DNA of 64,000 bases, taken from NCBI GenBank assembly GCA_963826115.1, contig CAWGVS010000010.1:160001-224000 (forward strand), given 5' to 3'. Below are positions 48,220-57,366 of the stretch, piece by piece; positions within the stretch are counted from its first letter, which is position 1, and each line of letters starts with the position of its first letter. Origin of the DNA: an uncultured Candidatus Rokubacteria bacterium. Its GTDB lineage: Bacteria > Methylomirabilota > Methylomirabilia > Rokubacteriales > DASRDR01. The translations under genes and the position numbers were made by a program. The notes under the pieces were generated by a model. That model saw only the letters and a program-made list of their open reading frames with translations, was not told the DNA's origin and did no database searches.

Positions 48220-48431
48220 CCCGTATCCGTGTTTCCGGCGGTGTCTCTGCTTTTTGGCTTTGGGGCGGAGCTCGCGCCGCTCCTGTTCGCGCACCGTTTT
48301 CCACTCGCGGAAGCCTTGGACTGACACGGACGGCGCTGCGCCGCGTCCAGCCTAACATCGGTCGATCCCCGCCGCATCTCTCCGGCCCGGCGCCGCTCGT
48401 TCGCACGGGCGATGGTAGGATCGCGACGAGC

Positions 48432-50105
48432 ATGCTCATGCGTGTCGATGGTGGCACGAGCAACGATCGCGAGGCCGTCTCGGCGGACGCCTCGCGACGA
48501 ATAGGCCCGCCCGCGCTCCTGGCCGATGTCGTCGCCGGCCTCACTTTCCTCGCGAGGCTCCCGGCTTTCCTGCGGCGCCCGATGAACCTGGCCGAGGCGC
48601 GGACCGTCGTCGACCGCCGGCGCGCCCAACGGAATGCGGCCTTCCTGGCCCTCATGCACCGAGAGGTGTTCGGTGTCGACAGTAGCCCGTACCGCGCCTT
48701 GCTGCGCCACGCCGGCTGCGAACGAGGCGATCTTGATCAGCTGGTTCGCACCGAAGGTCTGGAGCAGGCACTGGCTGTTCTCGCGCGGCGCGGCGTGTAC
48801 CTCACCGTCGATGAGTTCAAGGGGCGCCAGGCCATCCAGCGGGGCGGTGTCGCGCTCCAGGGCGCTCCGGGCCGCGCGGCCAGCAGCACCGCGCGCCACA
48901 TGATCGTCCAGCGGACGAGTGGAACACGAGGGGCCCGGTCGATCGTGCCGCTGGCACTGGCGTTCGAGGCAGAGCATACGGCCAGCGCCGGCCTGTTTCT
49001 CGCCGCCCGAGGCCACCGCGACTGGGCGCACGCGCTCTGGGAGGTCCCGGGGGGCGCCGCGCTTCGGCACGCCCTTTGGCTCAGCAAGCTAGGCGCCCCG
49101 CCGATGGAGTGGTTCACGCAGGTCGATCCCGGCGGGGCTTCTTTGCCGGCACGGTACGCGTGGAGCTGGCGGCTCGCCCGGTTGACGGGGACGGCTTGCG
49201 GTGTCCGCCTGCCCGGTCCGCGGTTCGTCGCGATCGACGAGCCCGCCGCGGTCGTCGACTGGATCCGGCGATGCCTGGCAATCGGGCGCGTCCCGCATCT
49301 GTGGACGTTCGTCACCTCCGCCGTGCGCGTCTGCCAGGCTGCCGAGGCCGCGGGTATTCCGCTGGACGGCGTCCAGTTCACCGCCAACGGCGAGCCCATC
49401 ACCAGGGAGCGAGTCGCCGCGATCGAGCGGACGGGCGCGCGACTCGGAGGCTACTACGGATCGGTGGAAACCGGCCCCATGGGCTATGCGTGTCTCGCGC
49501 CGAGCGAGCCCGACGAAATGCACGTCCTGGACGATCTTCACGCCGTCCTCACGGCGGACGAGACCCTCATGCCGCTCGGTCTACCTGAGGGCGCTGTGCT
49601 TGTGACGTCATTGCGCCCGAGTGCGCCGTTGCTCTTGCTCAATGTCGCGATCGGCGATCGCGCGGTCGCCGGCACCCGGCACTGCGGCTGTCCGATGGAG
49701 GCGTACGGGTGGAATTCACGGATGCACGGGGTCCGCAGTTACAGCAAGGTGACGGCGGCAGGCATGACGTTCTTTGACTCGGACCTGATCAGGATCCTGG
49801 AGGAGTCGTTGCCGTCGAAGTTCGGGGGTGGCCCGACCGACTACCAGCTGGCCGAGGAGGCCACTCCCGACGGGTGCTCGGCCCTGCGGCTCCTGGTGGC
49901 CCCGTCTCTCGGGCCGCTCGATGAAGGGGCGCTCATCGAGGTGTTTCTTGCGGCGGTCAGCGCTAGCGGCGCTGCGGCGCGGGTCATGAGCGCGACCTGG
50001 CGCGAGGCCAGCGTCGTGAGAATCGAGCGGCGGGCGCCAATCGTCAGCGACTCAGGGAAGATCGCACACTTCCGCGCCCCATCCGCACGCCTGGAACATT
50101 CCTGA
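48432..50105 (+). CDS. Adenylate-forming (PaaK/GH3-like) ligase-related protein
   Basis: RTSGTRG (TSGTTG-like), YYGSVETG (YGxTE-like), IGDRA, CGC, KVT..GM, SGKI; more A/T-ending codons than its neighbours. Confidence 0.65.
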   Translation: MLMRVDGGTSNDREAVSADASRRIGPPALLADVVAGLTFLARLPAFLRRPMNLAEARTVVDRRRAQRNAAFLALMHREVFGVDSSPYRALLRHAGCERGDLDQLVRTEGLEQALAVLARRGVYLTVDEFKGRQAIQRGGVALQGAPGRAASSTARHMIVQRTSGTRGARSIVPLALAFEAEHTASAGLFLAARGHRDWAHALWEVPGGAALRHALWLSKLGAPPMEWFTQVDPGGASLPARYAWSWRLARLTGTACGVRLPGPRFVAIDEPAAVVDWIRRCLAIGRVPHLWTFVTSAVRVCQAAEAAGIPLDGVQFTANGEPITRERVAAIERTGARLGGYYGSVETGPMGYACLAPSEPDEMHVLDDLHAVLTADETLMPLGLPEGAVLVTSLRPSAPLLLLNVAIGDRAVAGTRHCGCPMEAYGWNSRMHGVRSYSKVTAAGMTFFDSDLIRILEESLPSKFGGGPTDYQLAEEATPDGCSALRLLVAPSLGPLDEGALIEVFLAAVSASGAAARVMSATWREASVVRIERRAPIVSDSGKIAHFRAPSARLEHS

Positions 50106-50129
50106 GCGGTCGGGTCGGCATGGGGGCGC

Positions 50130-50160
50130 GCGACCGCCTCCGCATTTAGGAGGCGGTCGC
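50130..50160. terminator. Perfect 12-bp-stem hairpin between convergent genes
   Basis: gcgaccgcctcc-gcattta-ggaggcggtcgc. Confidence 0.65.
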
Positions 50161-50176
50161 GGCGACCGTGGCTCCG

Positions 50177-51715
50177 CTACTTCGGCGTCACGCCCATGTT
50201 CGTGACGCGGATCGTCTGGTCCGGCCGGGGCAGGAAGCCCTGCACCCAGCCCTGCACGCCGTAGAGGTCGTCCAGGCTGTAGAGGTACACGGCGAAGGGC
50301 TCCTTGTTGAGCGCAACCATCGCTTCCTGCACGAACTTCGTGCGCGCGGCGTCGTCGGTCGCCCGGCCGGCCTGGTCCATCGCCGTGTCGAACGCCTTGG
50401 GCATCGCGCTCGTGCGGAAGCGCCGGCCCTCGGCGAAGCTCAGCATGGAGAGGTAGCCGTCCTGCGAGAAGAGGAACCCGACCGTGAAGATCGCGGTCGT
50501 GGTGCGGGGGTTGGCGTCGAACTCCCGCGCCCACTGGGGGAAGTCCACCGCCCGCTCGTTGACCTTGAGCCCGACCGCGCGGAGGTAGCTCGCCATCGCT
50601 TCGCCGGCGGGCTTGTCGAGGGGATAGCGGCCGGTGGTGTACGTGTAGTCGAGCTCGAAGCCGTTCGGGAACCCGGCGTCGGCGATCAGCTTCTTCGCCT
50701 GCGCGGGGTCGAACGGATAGGCCTTGAGGGTCGGGTTGTAGCCGGAGTGCCACTTGGAGAGATGCTGGCCGTCCATCGGGGTGCACCGGCCCGCGTAGAT
50801 CTGCTTGCAGATCGCCGCCCGGTCGATGGCGAGGTTCAGCGCCAGACGCACGCGCGCGTCCTCGAGAGGCTTGGCCTTCGGGTTCGCGGTGTCGAAGAAG
50901 GTCGCGAACTGCCGGAGGCTCGGGACCGAGAGGAGCTTGAGCCCGGTCTTGCCCTCGACCCGGGCCGCCGCGGAGTGCGGGATGTTGGGCGCGATGTCGA
51001 CCTCGCCGGCCTCGAGCGCGGCCACGCGCGCGGTGTCATCCGGGATGACGCGGTAGGTGATCGTCTTGAACTTCGGTGTGCCGCCCCAGTAGGCCGTGTT
51101 GGCGGTCAGCGTGATGTGGCTGTCCTTCCGTTGCTCCTTGAACACCCACGGCCCGGTGCAGACCGGCGACTGGTTGAAGGCGTCCTTGCCGCGGGCCTGG
51201 AAGTCCTTCGGCGCGACCTGGAAGCTCCCGTAGGCCAGCACGGACACGACGTAGCCGGCGGGCTTGGTGAGCGCGAGGACCACCGTCGAGTCGTCGACGA
51301 CCGTGACCTCCTTCAGGAGGTCCTTCAGCCACTGGCTGTAGTTGAACGCCGCGAACAGCTGCTCGAGGCTGAACTTGGCGGCCGCCGCGTTGAAGGGCTC
51401 GCCGTTGCTGAACTTCACGCCCTGGCGGAGCTTGAACTGGAGGCGCGTGTCGTCGAGCCACCGGTAGTCGGTGGCGAGCAGCTTCTTGATGACCGCGTTG
51501 CCCGAGCTGTCGCTGTCCCAGTAGATGAGCGGCTCGCAGATCTGGGCGAAGACGCTGATGTAGGGCGCGGTCGTGTTGAACGGGTCGAGGTTCGGCGGGT
51601 CGACGAACTGGGCGATGGTCAGGGTGTCCCGCGTGGGCTGGGCCCCCACCGCCGCCGGGAGGCCGGCCAGCAGGAGGGCGACAAGGGCGACGACGAGGGA
51701 TCGCTTGGGAGTCAC
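50177..51715 (-). CDS. Peptide/nickel ABC substrate-binding protein (family 5)
   Basis: Signal peptide; LRQGVKFSNGEPF, TGPW.F, RVAALEAGEVDI, DARVRLAL..AIDR; RBS AAGGAG. Confidence 0.92.
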   Translation of the reverse strand: MTPKRSLVVALVALLLAGLPAAVGAQPTRDTLTIAQFVDPPNLDPFNTTAPYISVFAQICEPLIYWDSDSSGNAVIKKLLATDYRWLDDTRLQFKLRQGVKFSNGEPFNAAAAKFSLEQLFAAFNYSQWLKDLLKEVTVVDDSTVVLALTKPAGYVVSVLAYGSFQVAPKDFQARGKDAFNQSPVCTGPWVFKEQRKDSHITLTANTAYWGGTPKFKTITYRVIPDDTARVAALEAGEVDIAPNIPHSAAARVEGKTGLKLLSVPSLRQFATFFDTANPKAKPLEDARVRLALNLAIDRAAICKQIYAGRCTPMDGQHLSKWHSGYNPTLKAYPFDPAQAKKLIADAGFPNGFELDYTYTTGRYPLDKPAGEAMASYLRAVGLKVNERAVDFPQWAREFDANPRTTTAIFTVGFLFSQDGYLSMLSFAEGRRFRTSAMPKAFDTAMDQAGRATDDAARTKFVQEAMVALNKEPFAVYLYSLDDLYGVQGWVQGFLPRPDQTIRVTNMGVTPK

Positions 51716-51830
51716 GGCACACTCCTTCCTCGGTCCTCGGGCGCGGGCCCCGGAACCGGGCGACGCGGGTGGCGCGGGGAGAGCTCGCGGAGCGACGCGG
51801 CGCAAGGACGGCTCCTTTCCGGCATGCGGG

Positions 51831-52760
51831 CTACGACTCCGCGCGCCACGACGTCGGGTCGAAGGCGTCGCGGAGCCCGTCGCCCACGAAGTTCAGGGCG
51901 AAGACGAGGACGGCGATCATCGCGCCGGGGACCGCGGCGGTCCACCAGGCGTCGTAGATGAAGTTGCGACCGTCGCCGATCATGCCGCCCCAGGTGACGG
52001 CGGGAGGGGACACGCCGAGCCCGAGGAAGCTCAGCGCCGACTCGGTCAGGACCAGGCGCGACACCTCGTAGGTGGCGACGGCCAGGAGCGGGGAGAGGAC
52101 GTTCGGCAGGACGTGGCGCCGGAGGATGCCCGCCGTCGGCACGCCGAGCGCGCGCGCCGCCTCGACGTACGGCTCCTGGCGCGCGCTGAGGGTCTGGGCC
52201 CGGACGACGCGGGCCATCGTGGACCAGCTGGTGAAGGCGAGCACCGCGACCAGCGTGACCAGCCCGCCCCGCACGATGGCGACGATGGCGACGGCCAGCG
52301 CGATGACGGGGAACGCGAGCTGGACGTCGACTAGCCAGCTCACCACCTCGTCGACCCAGCTCCGGTAGAAGCCCGCGGCCATGCCGAGCACGATGCCGAT
52401 CAGGGCGGCGATCGCCACCGCGGTCCCGCTGATGACGAGGGTGAGGCGCGCCCCGTGGATGGTGCGTGACACGAGGTCCCGCCCCAGGAAGTCGGTGCCG
52501 AGGGGATGGCGGAAATCGCCGGCCCAGAACCCGGGCTGCTTGGCCTCGCCGAGGTTGATGAGGACGGGATCGTCCGGCAGCCACGCGGTCGGCGTGCACG
52601 CCATCGCGGCGATGGCGAGGGCGACCGGGAGCCCCAGGCGGCTGGCGGGGTTCCGCCAGTACGCGCGGGCGCGGAGCCGGAGGAGCGACGGCGCGGCTAC
52701 CGCCACGGCCCGGACCGGAGGGCGGCCCCACGCGGCGACGGACACGCCGATGGACGCCAC
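51831..52760 (-). CDS. Peptide ABC permease (DppC/OppC type)
   Basis: HPLGTD.LGRD, YVEAARALG, HVLPN, ESALSFLGLG. Confidence 0.93.
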   Translation of the reverse strand: MASIGVSVAAWGRPPVRAVAVAAPSLLRLRARAYWRNPASRLGLPVALAIAAMACTPTAWLPDDPVLINLGEAKQPGFWAGDFRHPLGTDFLGRDLVSRTIHGARLTLVISGTAVAIAALIGIVLGMAAGFYRSWVDEVVSWLVDVQLAFPVIALAVAIVAIVRGGLVTLVAVLAFTSWSTMARVVRAQTLSARQEPYVEAARALGVPTAGILRRHVLPNVLSPLLAVATYEVSRLVLTESALSFLGLGVSPPAVTWGGMIGDGRNFIYDAWWTAAVPGAMIAVLVFALNFVGDGLRDAFDPTSWRAES

Positions 52761-52764
52761 GGCA

Positions 52765-53682
52765 TCACGAGGTGGAGATACGGGGATCGAGAATCCCGTA
52801 GAGCGAGTCGACGAGGAAGTTCACCAGGACGACGGCCGTCGCCACGACCAGCACGGCGCTCTGCACGAGCGGGAAGTCGCGGGCGAAGATCGCGCTCACG
52901 ATCAGGCGGCCGACGCCCGGCCAGGAGAAGACGGTCTCGGTCACGATCGAGCCGCCGAGCAGTGTGGCGGCCTGCACGCCGATGATGGTGAGGATCGGCA
53001 GGGCGGCGTTGCGGAGCGCGTGGCGGCCGAGGATCGCCGACTCCCGGAGGCCCTTGCTCCGCGCGGTGCGGACGTAGGCGCGCCCCAGGACGTCGAGCAT
53101 CGTCGCCCGGGTCACGCGGACGGTCAGCGGCAGCAGGACGAAGCTCAGGACGACGGCGGGCAGGACGAGGTGCGACCAGGTCCCGCGCCCCCCGGTCGGG
53201 AGCCACCGGAGGTACACGCCGAAGAAGAGGATCAGCAGGATCGCGAGCAGGAAGTTCGGGACTCCCTGCGCCACCACCACGAGCCCCCGGGCGACGTAGT
53301 CCACCGGCCGGTCGCGGCGGAGCGCGGCGGCGACGCCCAGCGGCACGCCCAGGAAGACGGACAGGGCGAGGCTCCCCCCGGCCAGCTCGAGCGTGGCGGG
53401 GAGCCGCTCGAGGATGATGGGCAGGATCGGCTGCTCGAAGCGGAGCGACCGGCCGAAGTCGCCGACCAGGATCCCGCCGACGAAGGCGAGGTACTGGGCG
53501 GGCAGCGGCCGGTCGAGGCCATGGAGGCGCTGGAACTCCCGCACGGCCTCGGCGCTCGCGAGCTCCCCGAGGATCAGGCGCGCCGGATCCCCGGAGAGTC
53601 GCAGGAGCGCGAAGGTGCCGAGCGTGATCCCGACCCAGACGAGGACCAGGCGGATCACGCGCGCGACGAGGTAACCCGTCAC
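52765..53682 (-). CDS. Peptide ABC permease (DppB/OppB type)
   Basis: GLDRPL..QY, RLPATLEL, YVRTARSKGL, ETVFSWPGVG, RDFPLVQ. Confidence 0.93.
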   Translation of the reverse strand: MTGYLVARVIRLVLVWVGITLGTFALLRLSGDPARLILGELASAEAVREFQRLHGLDRPLPAQYLAFVGGILVGDFGRSLRFEQPILPIILERLPATLELAGGSLALSVFLGVPLGVAAALRRDRPVDYVARGLVVVAQGVPNFLLAILLILFFGVYLRWLPTGGRGTWSHLVLPAVVLSFVLLPLTVRVTRATMLDVLGRAYVRTARSKGLRESAILGRHALRNAALPILTIIGVQAATLLGGSIVTETVFSWPGVGRLIVSAIFARDFPLVQSAVLVVATAVVLVNFLVDSLYGILDPRISTS

Positions 53683-53730
53683 CCTCGGATCCCTGCCCTC
53701 ACCGGCCCAGGGCCGCGGCGGCCCGTGACG

Positions 53731-54810
53731 TCACCGCCAGACCTCGCTGAAGACCCGGAGGAAGTTGCCGCCCATGATCTTGCGGGCGTCCTCGTCCGAG
53801 TACCCGCGGGCGAGGAGGCCGAGCGTGATGTTCCCCATCTTCGACAGGGAGTCGATCTCGGGCGGGAAGATCCACGGCAGCGGCGGGTAGACGACGGGCC
53901 GGTAGGGCTTGTTGGGCCAGTTCCCGAGCTCGCCCGTCTCCGTCATCATCTCGGCCGGGTTGATCTCCTCCGTCAGGTCGGTCCCGAAGCCGACGTGGTC
54001 GACGCCCACCAGGTCCACCACGTGGTCGATGTGCCGGAGGAAGTCCTCGAACGTGCACCGGGTGCGGCCGTCGCGGTCGAGCAGGAAGGGCAGGAAGCAG
54101 ATGCCGATCACGCCGCCGGTCTTCGCCACCAGACGGATCAGCTCGTCGGTGGCGCTCCGCGGGTTCGGCCGGAGGCCGCCGCACGCGGAGTGCGAGATGA
54201 TCACGGGCCGGGTGGACAGGGCCGCGGCCTCCTTCGCGGTGGCGTCGCTGACGTGCGCGAGGTCCACCATGAAGCCGATCCGGTTCATCTCCTTCACGAC
54301 GTCGACGCCGAAGTGGCTGAGCCCCGCGGGGTTCCGCTCCTGGCAGCCGTCGCCGACGAAGCAGCGCTCGTTGTAGGTGATCTGCATGCAGCGGGCGCCG
54401 ACCTGGTAGAGGGCCTCGACGAAGTCGAGGTCGTCCTCGACCACCAGGGACGTCTGGAAGCCCGCGATGATGCCGACCTTGCCCTCGCGCTTGGCGCGCC
54501 GGATGTCGTCGGCGGTGCGCACGAAGAGCGTGCGCTCGGGGCAGTGCTGGGCCCGGAGCTGGAACTTGCGGATGGCCTTCACGCCATCGGCGAACTTCTG
54601 GTAGTGCGCGCCGCCTCGGTTGAGCGCGGTGATGCCGCCGTCGAAGAGGCGCTGGAGGTACGGCTCGTTCCAGCGGAGCTTGTTCTGCGGGTCCTCGATG
54701 TGATCGGTGCACATGCCGTCGATCACGATCGCGCTGTGGTGCACCGCCGCGGCGTGCTCGCGCAGCTCGGGCGTGACGGGAACGGGCTTCCGGTGGGCTC
54801 TGGTCGTCAT
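53731..54810 (-). CDS. Membrane dipeptidase (peptidase M19) family
   Basis: QITYN, GLS.FG..VVKEMNRIG..VDLAH, ISHS, GGVIG, VGVDHVGFGTD, GGNFLRV. Confidence 0.9.
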   Translation of the reverse strand: MTTRAHRKPVPVTPELREHAAAVHHSAIVIDGMCTDHIEDPQNKLRWNEPYLQRLFDGGITALNRGGAHYQKFADGVKAIRKFQLRAQHCPERTLFVRTADDIRRAKREGKVGIIAGFQTSLVVEDDLDFVEALYQVGARCMQITYNERCFVGDGCQERNPAGLSHFGVDVVKEMNRIGFMVDLAHVSDATAKEAAALSTRPVIISHSACGGLRPNPRSATDELIRLVAKTGGVIGICFLPFLLDRDGRTRCTFEDFLRHIDHVVDLVGVDHVGFGTDLTEEINPAEMMTETGELGNWPNKPYRPVVYPPLPWIFPPEIDSLSKMGNITLGLLARGYSDEDARKIMGGNFLRVFSEVWR

Positions 54811-54832
54811 CGACTCTCCCTTCGAGGGCGGC

Positions 54833-55834
54833 TCACGGCTGGTTGCCGCACGAGGCCCGCACCACCAGTCGGGTCTCGAGCGTTCGGCGAACGGGGGGGC
54901 GCCCGGGATCGGCGAGGCGCTGCAGCAGGAGCTCGACCGCCGCGCGGCCCACGTCGCCCGCGGACTGGCTGACGGTGGTCAGCGGCGGCGTCGTGTAGGA
55001 CGCGAGCTCGATGTCGTCGAAGCCGACGACGGCGAGGTCGTCCGGGACCCGCCGACCGAGCTCGCCCGCGGCCCGCAGGACGCCGATCGCCATCAGGTCG
55101 TTGGCGGCGAAGATGGCCGTCGGCGGCGTCGGGAGGGCGAGGAGGCTCCGCGCGGCGGCCCAGCCGGACTGCGGGTGATAGTCCCCGCGGAGGACGAGGC
55201 CCTCGTCGATCGGCAGGCCGGCCTCGGCCAGCGCGTCGCGGTATCCCTGGAGCCGCTGCCCGCTCATGAGCAGGCTCGACGGCCCGCCGATGCAGCCGAT
55301 CCGGCGGTGGCCGAGCGCGAGGAGGTGCCGCGTCGCCAGGTACGCGCCGCCCCGCTTGTCGCTCAGGATCACGTCGATCGGCGCGCCCGGCAGGTCGCGA
55401 TCGACCATCACGACCGGGAGCGGCCGCTGCAGGAGGTCGCGGAGGACGTCCACGCGGTTGCCGGCGGGCACGTAGAGGAGCCCGTCGACCTGGCGCCGGG
55501 TCAGGAGGTCGACGTAGACGCGCTCCCGGAGCTCCTCGCCCTCCGTATTACACAGGACCACGCTGTAGTCGCGCCCGAAGGCCGCCGCCTCGATCCCCCG
55601 GCCAAGCTCGGCGAAGTAGGGGTTCGCGCTGTCCGGCAGGATCAGGCCGAGCGTGTGGGTGCGCCCCCGGCGGAGCGAGCGCGCGACGGCGTTCGGGTGG
55701 TAGCCGAGCTCCGCCATCGCCTCCATGACCCGGGCGCGGATCTCGTGCGACACGAACCGCGTGGCGTTGACGACGTGGGACACGGTGGTGGGCGACACCC
55801 GGGCGCGGCCTGCAACCTCTCGAATGGTGGCCAT
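54833..55834 (-). CDS. LacI family transcriptional regulator
   Basis: [45 protein letters not shown]. Confidence 0.95.
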   Translation of the reverse strand: MATIREVAGRARVSPTTVSHVVNATRFVSHEIRARVMEAMAELGYHPNAVARSLRRGRTHTLGLILPDSANPYFAELGRGIEAAAFGRDYSVVLCNTEGEELRERVYVDLLTRRQVDGLLYVPAGNRVDVLRDLLQRPLPVVMVDRDLPGAPIDVILSDKRGGAYLATRHLLALGHRRIGCIGGPSSLLMSGQRLQGYRDALAEAGLPIDEGLVLRGDYHPQSGWAAARSLLALPTPPTAIFAANDLMAIGVLRAAGELGRRVPDDLAVVGFDDIELASYTTPPLTTVSQSAGDVGRAAVELLLQRLADPGRPPVRRTLETRLVVRASCGNQP

Positions 55835-55864
55835 GCGCTGCCTCCCGGCGGGACTAATCTGGCC

Positions 55865-55888
55865 GCAATCGATTGCGCAATCGGTTGG
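55865..55888. promoter_or_regulatory. Tandem LacI-type operators
   Basis: Perfect palindrome GCAATCGATTGC followed directly by GCAATCGGTTGG; central CG typical of LacI family sites; lies between the promoter and the LacI start. Confidence 0.75.
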
Positions 55889-55893
55889 GTAAG

Positions 55894-55922
55894 AGGCTAT
55901 CCCGAGCGGCGAGGCTCGTCAA
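55894..55922 (-). promoter_or_regulatory. Sigma-70-type promoter of the LacI-dipeptidase-ABC operon
   Basis: Minus strand TTGACG-N17-TAGCCT. Confidence 0.65.
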
Positions 55923-55975
55923 GGCGCGGCGTCGCCCTCGGTTGCCGACTGGCGCGGGATGGTAGGATCGAAACG

Positions 55976-56638
55976 ATGAAGCCTCCCGAGCCGCGAGGCC
56001 GCCGGCGGACGACGGCGTGCGCGGCCCTCCTGGTCGCGCTGGCCGGGCTCCCCGGTGGTCTGCGGGCGCCCGTCGCGTCGCTCGCCCAGGACCGCGCCCC
56101 CGTCCGGTACGGGATCGTGGCCGAGGGCAGCGAGGTCCGCTACCGGGTCCGGGAGCAGCTCGTCGGGCTGAGCTTCCCCAACGACGCCGTCGGCGCCACC
56201 GGCGCCGTGGAGGGCGCCGTGACGTTCGACGCCCAGGGGCGCGTGCTGCCGGGCGAGTCGCGGGTCACGGTCGACCTGCGGACCCTCCGGAGCGACGAGG
56301 CGCGCCGGGACAACTACGTCCGGCGCAACACGCTCGAGACGGAGCGCTTCCCGACCGTGACCTTCGTCGCGACCGAGGCGCGCCGCCTGCCGTTCCCGCT
56401 TCCCCCGACCGGGTCCGTGCCGTTCGAGCTCGTGGGGGACCTGACGGTGAAGGACGTCACGCGGCGGGTCACGTGGGACGCGACGGCCAGCTTCGACGGG
56501 CCGCGCGTCACCATCCGCGCGCGCACCGCGTTCCGCTTCGGCGACTTCGGCCTACGCATCCCCCGCGTCTCGGTGGTGCTGAGCGTGGAGGACGACATCA
56601 AGTTGGAGGCCGACCTGTCCCTCCGGCGGAGCTCGTGA
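55976..56638 (+). CDS. YceI family protein
   Basis: S.VRYRVRE, VDL.TL.SD..RRD, LET..FP..TF, GDLTVKDVTR, DFGL..P. Confidence 0.85.
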   Translation: MKPPEPRGRRRTTACAALLVALAGLPGGLRAPVASLAQDRAPVRYGIVAEGSEVRYRVREQLVGLSFPNDAVGATGAVEGAVTFDAQGRVLPGESRVTVDLRTLRSDEARRDNYVRRNTLETERFPTVTFVATEARRLPFPLPPTGSVPFELVGDLTVKDVTRRVTWDATASFDGPRVTIRARTAFRFGDFGLRIPRVSVVLSVEDDIKLEADLSLRRSS

Positions 56639-56882
56639 CGCCGCCCGCCCGCCGCGCCCCGCTCAGCGGGACCTGAGCCACGCCCGGACCGCCTCGACGA
56701 ACACGCGCCGGGTGGCGCCCGGAAAGAGGCGGCGGACGTCGGCGAAGTCCATCGCTCGCCGCGACGATGCTATCAGAGGCGCGAGCGCGCGCCGGCCGCT
56801 TGACGCCACTGCGGGGCGAGGGCGACACTCGGCGATAGACGACCGCCGGCGGCGGGACTCGGCAGCGGCGCGAGGAGAGACG

Positions 56883-57365
56883 ATGGCGACAGTGACGCTC
56901 CAGGTCAACGGCGCGGCGCGGAGCGTCGAGGTCGACGATCCCGCAATGCCCTTGCTCTACGTCCTCCGGAACGACCTCGGCCTGACGGGGACGAAGTTCG
57001 GCTGCGGGCTCGCCCAGTGCGGCGCCTGCACCGTGCACCTCGACGGCCAGGCGATCCGCTCCTGCGCGATGCCCGTCGGCGCCGCCGTCGGCCGCCAGAT
57101 CACGACGATCGAGGGCGTGGGCTCGCCCGAGAAGCCGGATCCGGTCCAGGCGGCCTTCATCGCCGAGCAGGCCCCGCAGTGCGGGTACTGCACCGCGGGC
57201 CTGGTGATGACGGCGCGCGCGTTCCTCCAGCAGTGGCAGCAGAACCGCCGCCCCACCGAGGCCGAGGTGAAGCAGGCCCTCGCGGGCAACCTCTGCCGCT
57301 GCGGCAGCCACGTGCGGGTGATCCGCGCGGTGATGCGCGCGGCCGCGACGATGGGAGGGGCGTGA
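56883..57365 (+). CDS. (2Fe-2S) subunit of Mo-hydroxylase (CoxS/IorA-like)
   Basis: GTKFGCGLAQCGACTV..RSC, QCGYC, NLCRCG. Confidence 0.95.
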   Translation: MATVTLQVNGAARSVEVDDPAMPLLYVLRNDLGLTGTKFGCGLAQCGACTVHLDGQAIRSCAMPVGAAVGRQITTIEGVGSPEKPDPVQAAFIAEQAPQCGYCTAGLVMTARAFLQQWQQNRRPTEAEVKQALAGNLCRCGSHVRVIRAVMRAAATMGGA

Positions 57366-57366
57366 G

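Noticed and set aside
48095-48330. Possible c-di-GMP-I riboswitch (GACGCAAA) or small-peptide ORF 48085-48327
   Set aside because: The rest of the riboswitch consensus is missing, and the sequence is explained as the decayed copy of the binding-protein 3' end
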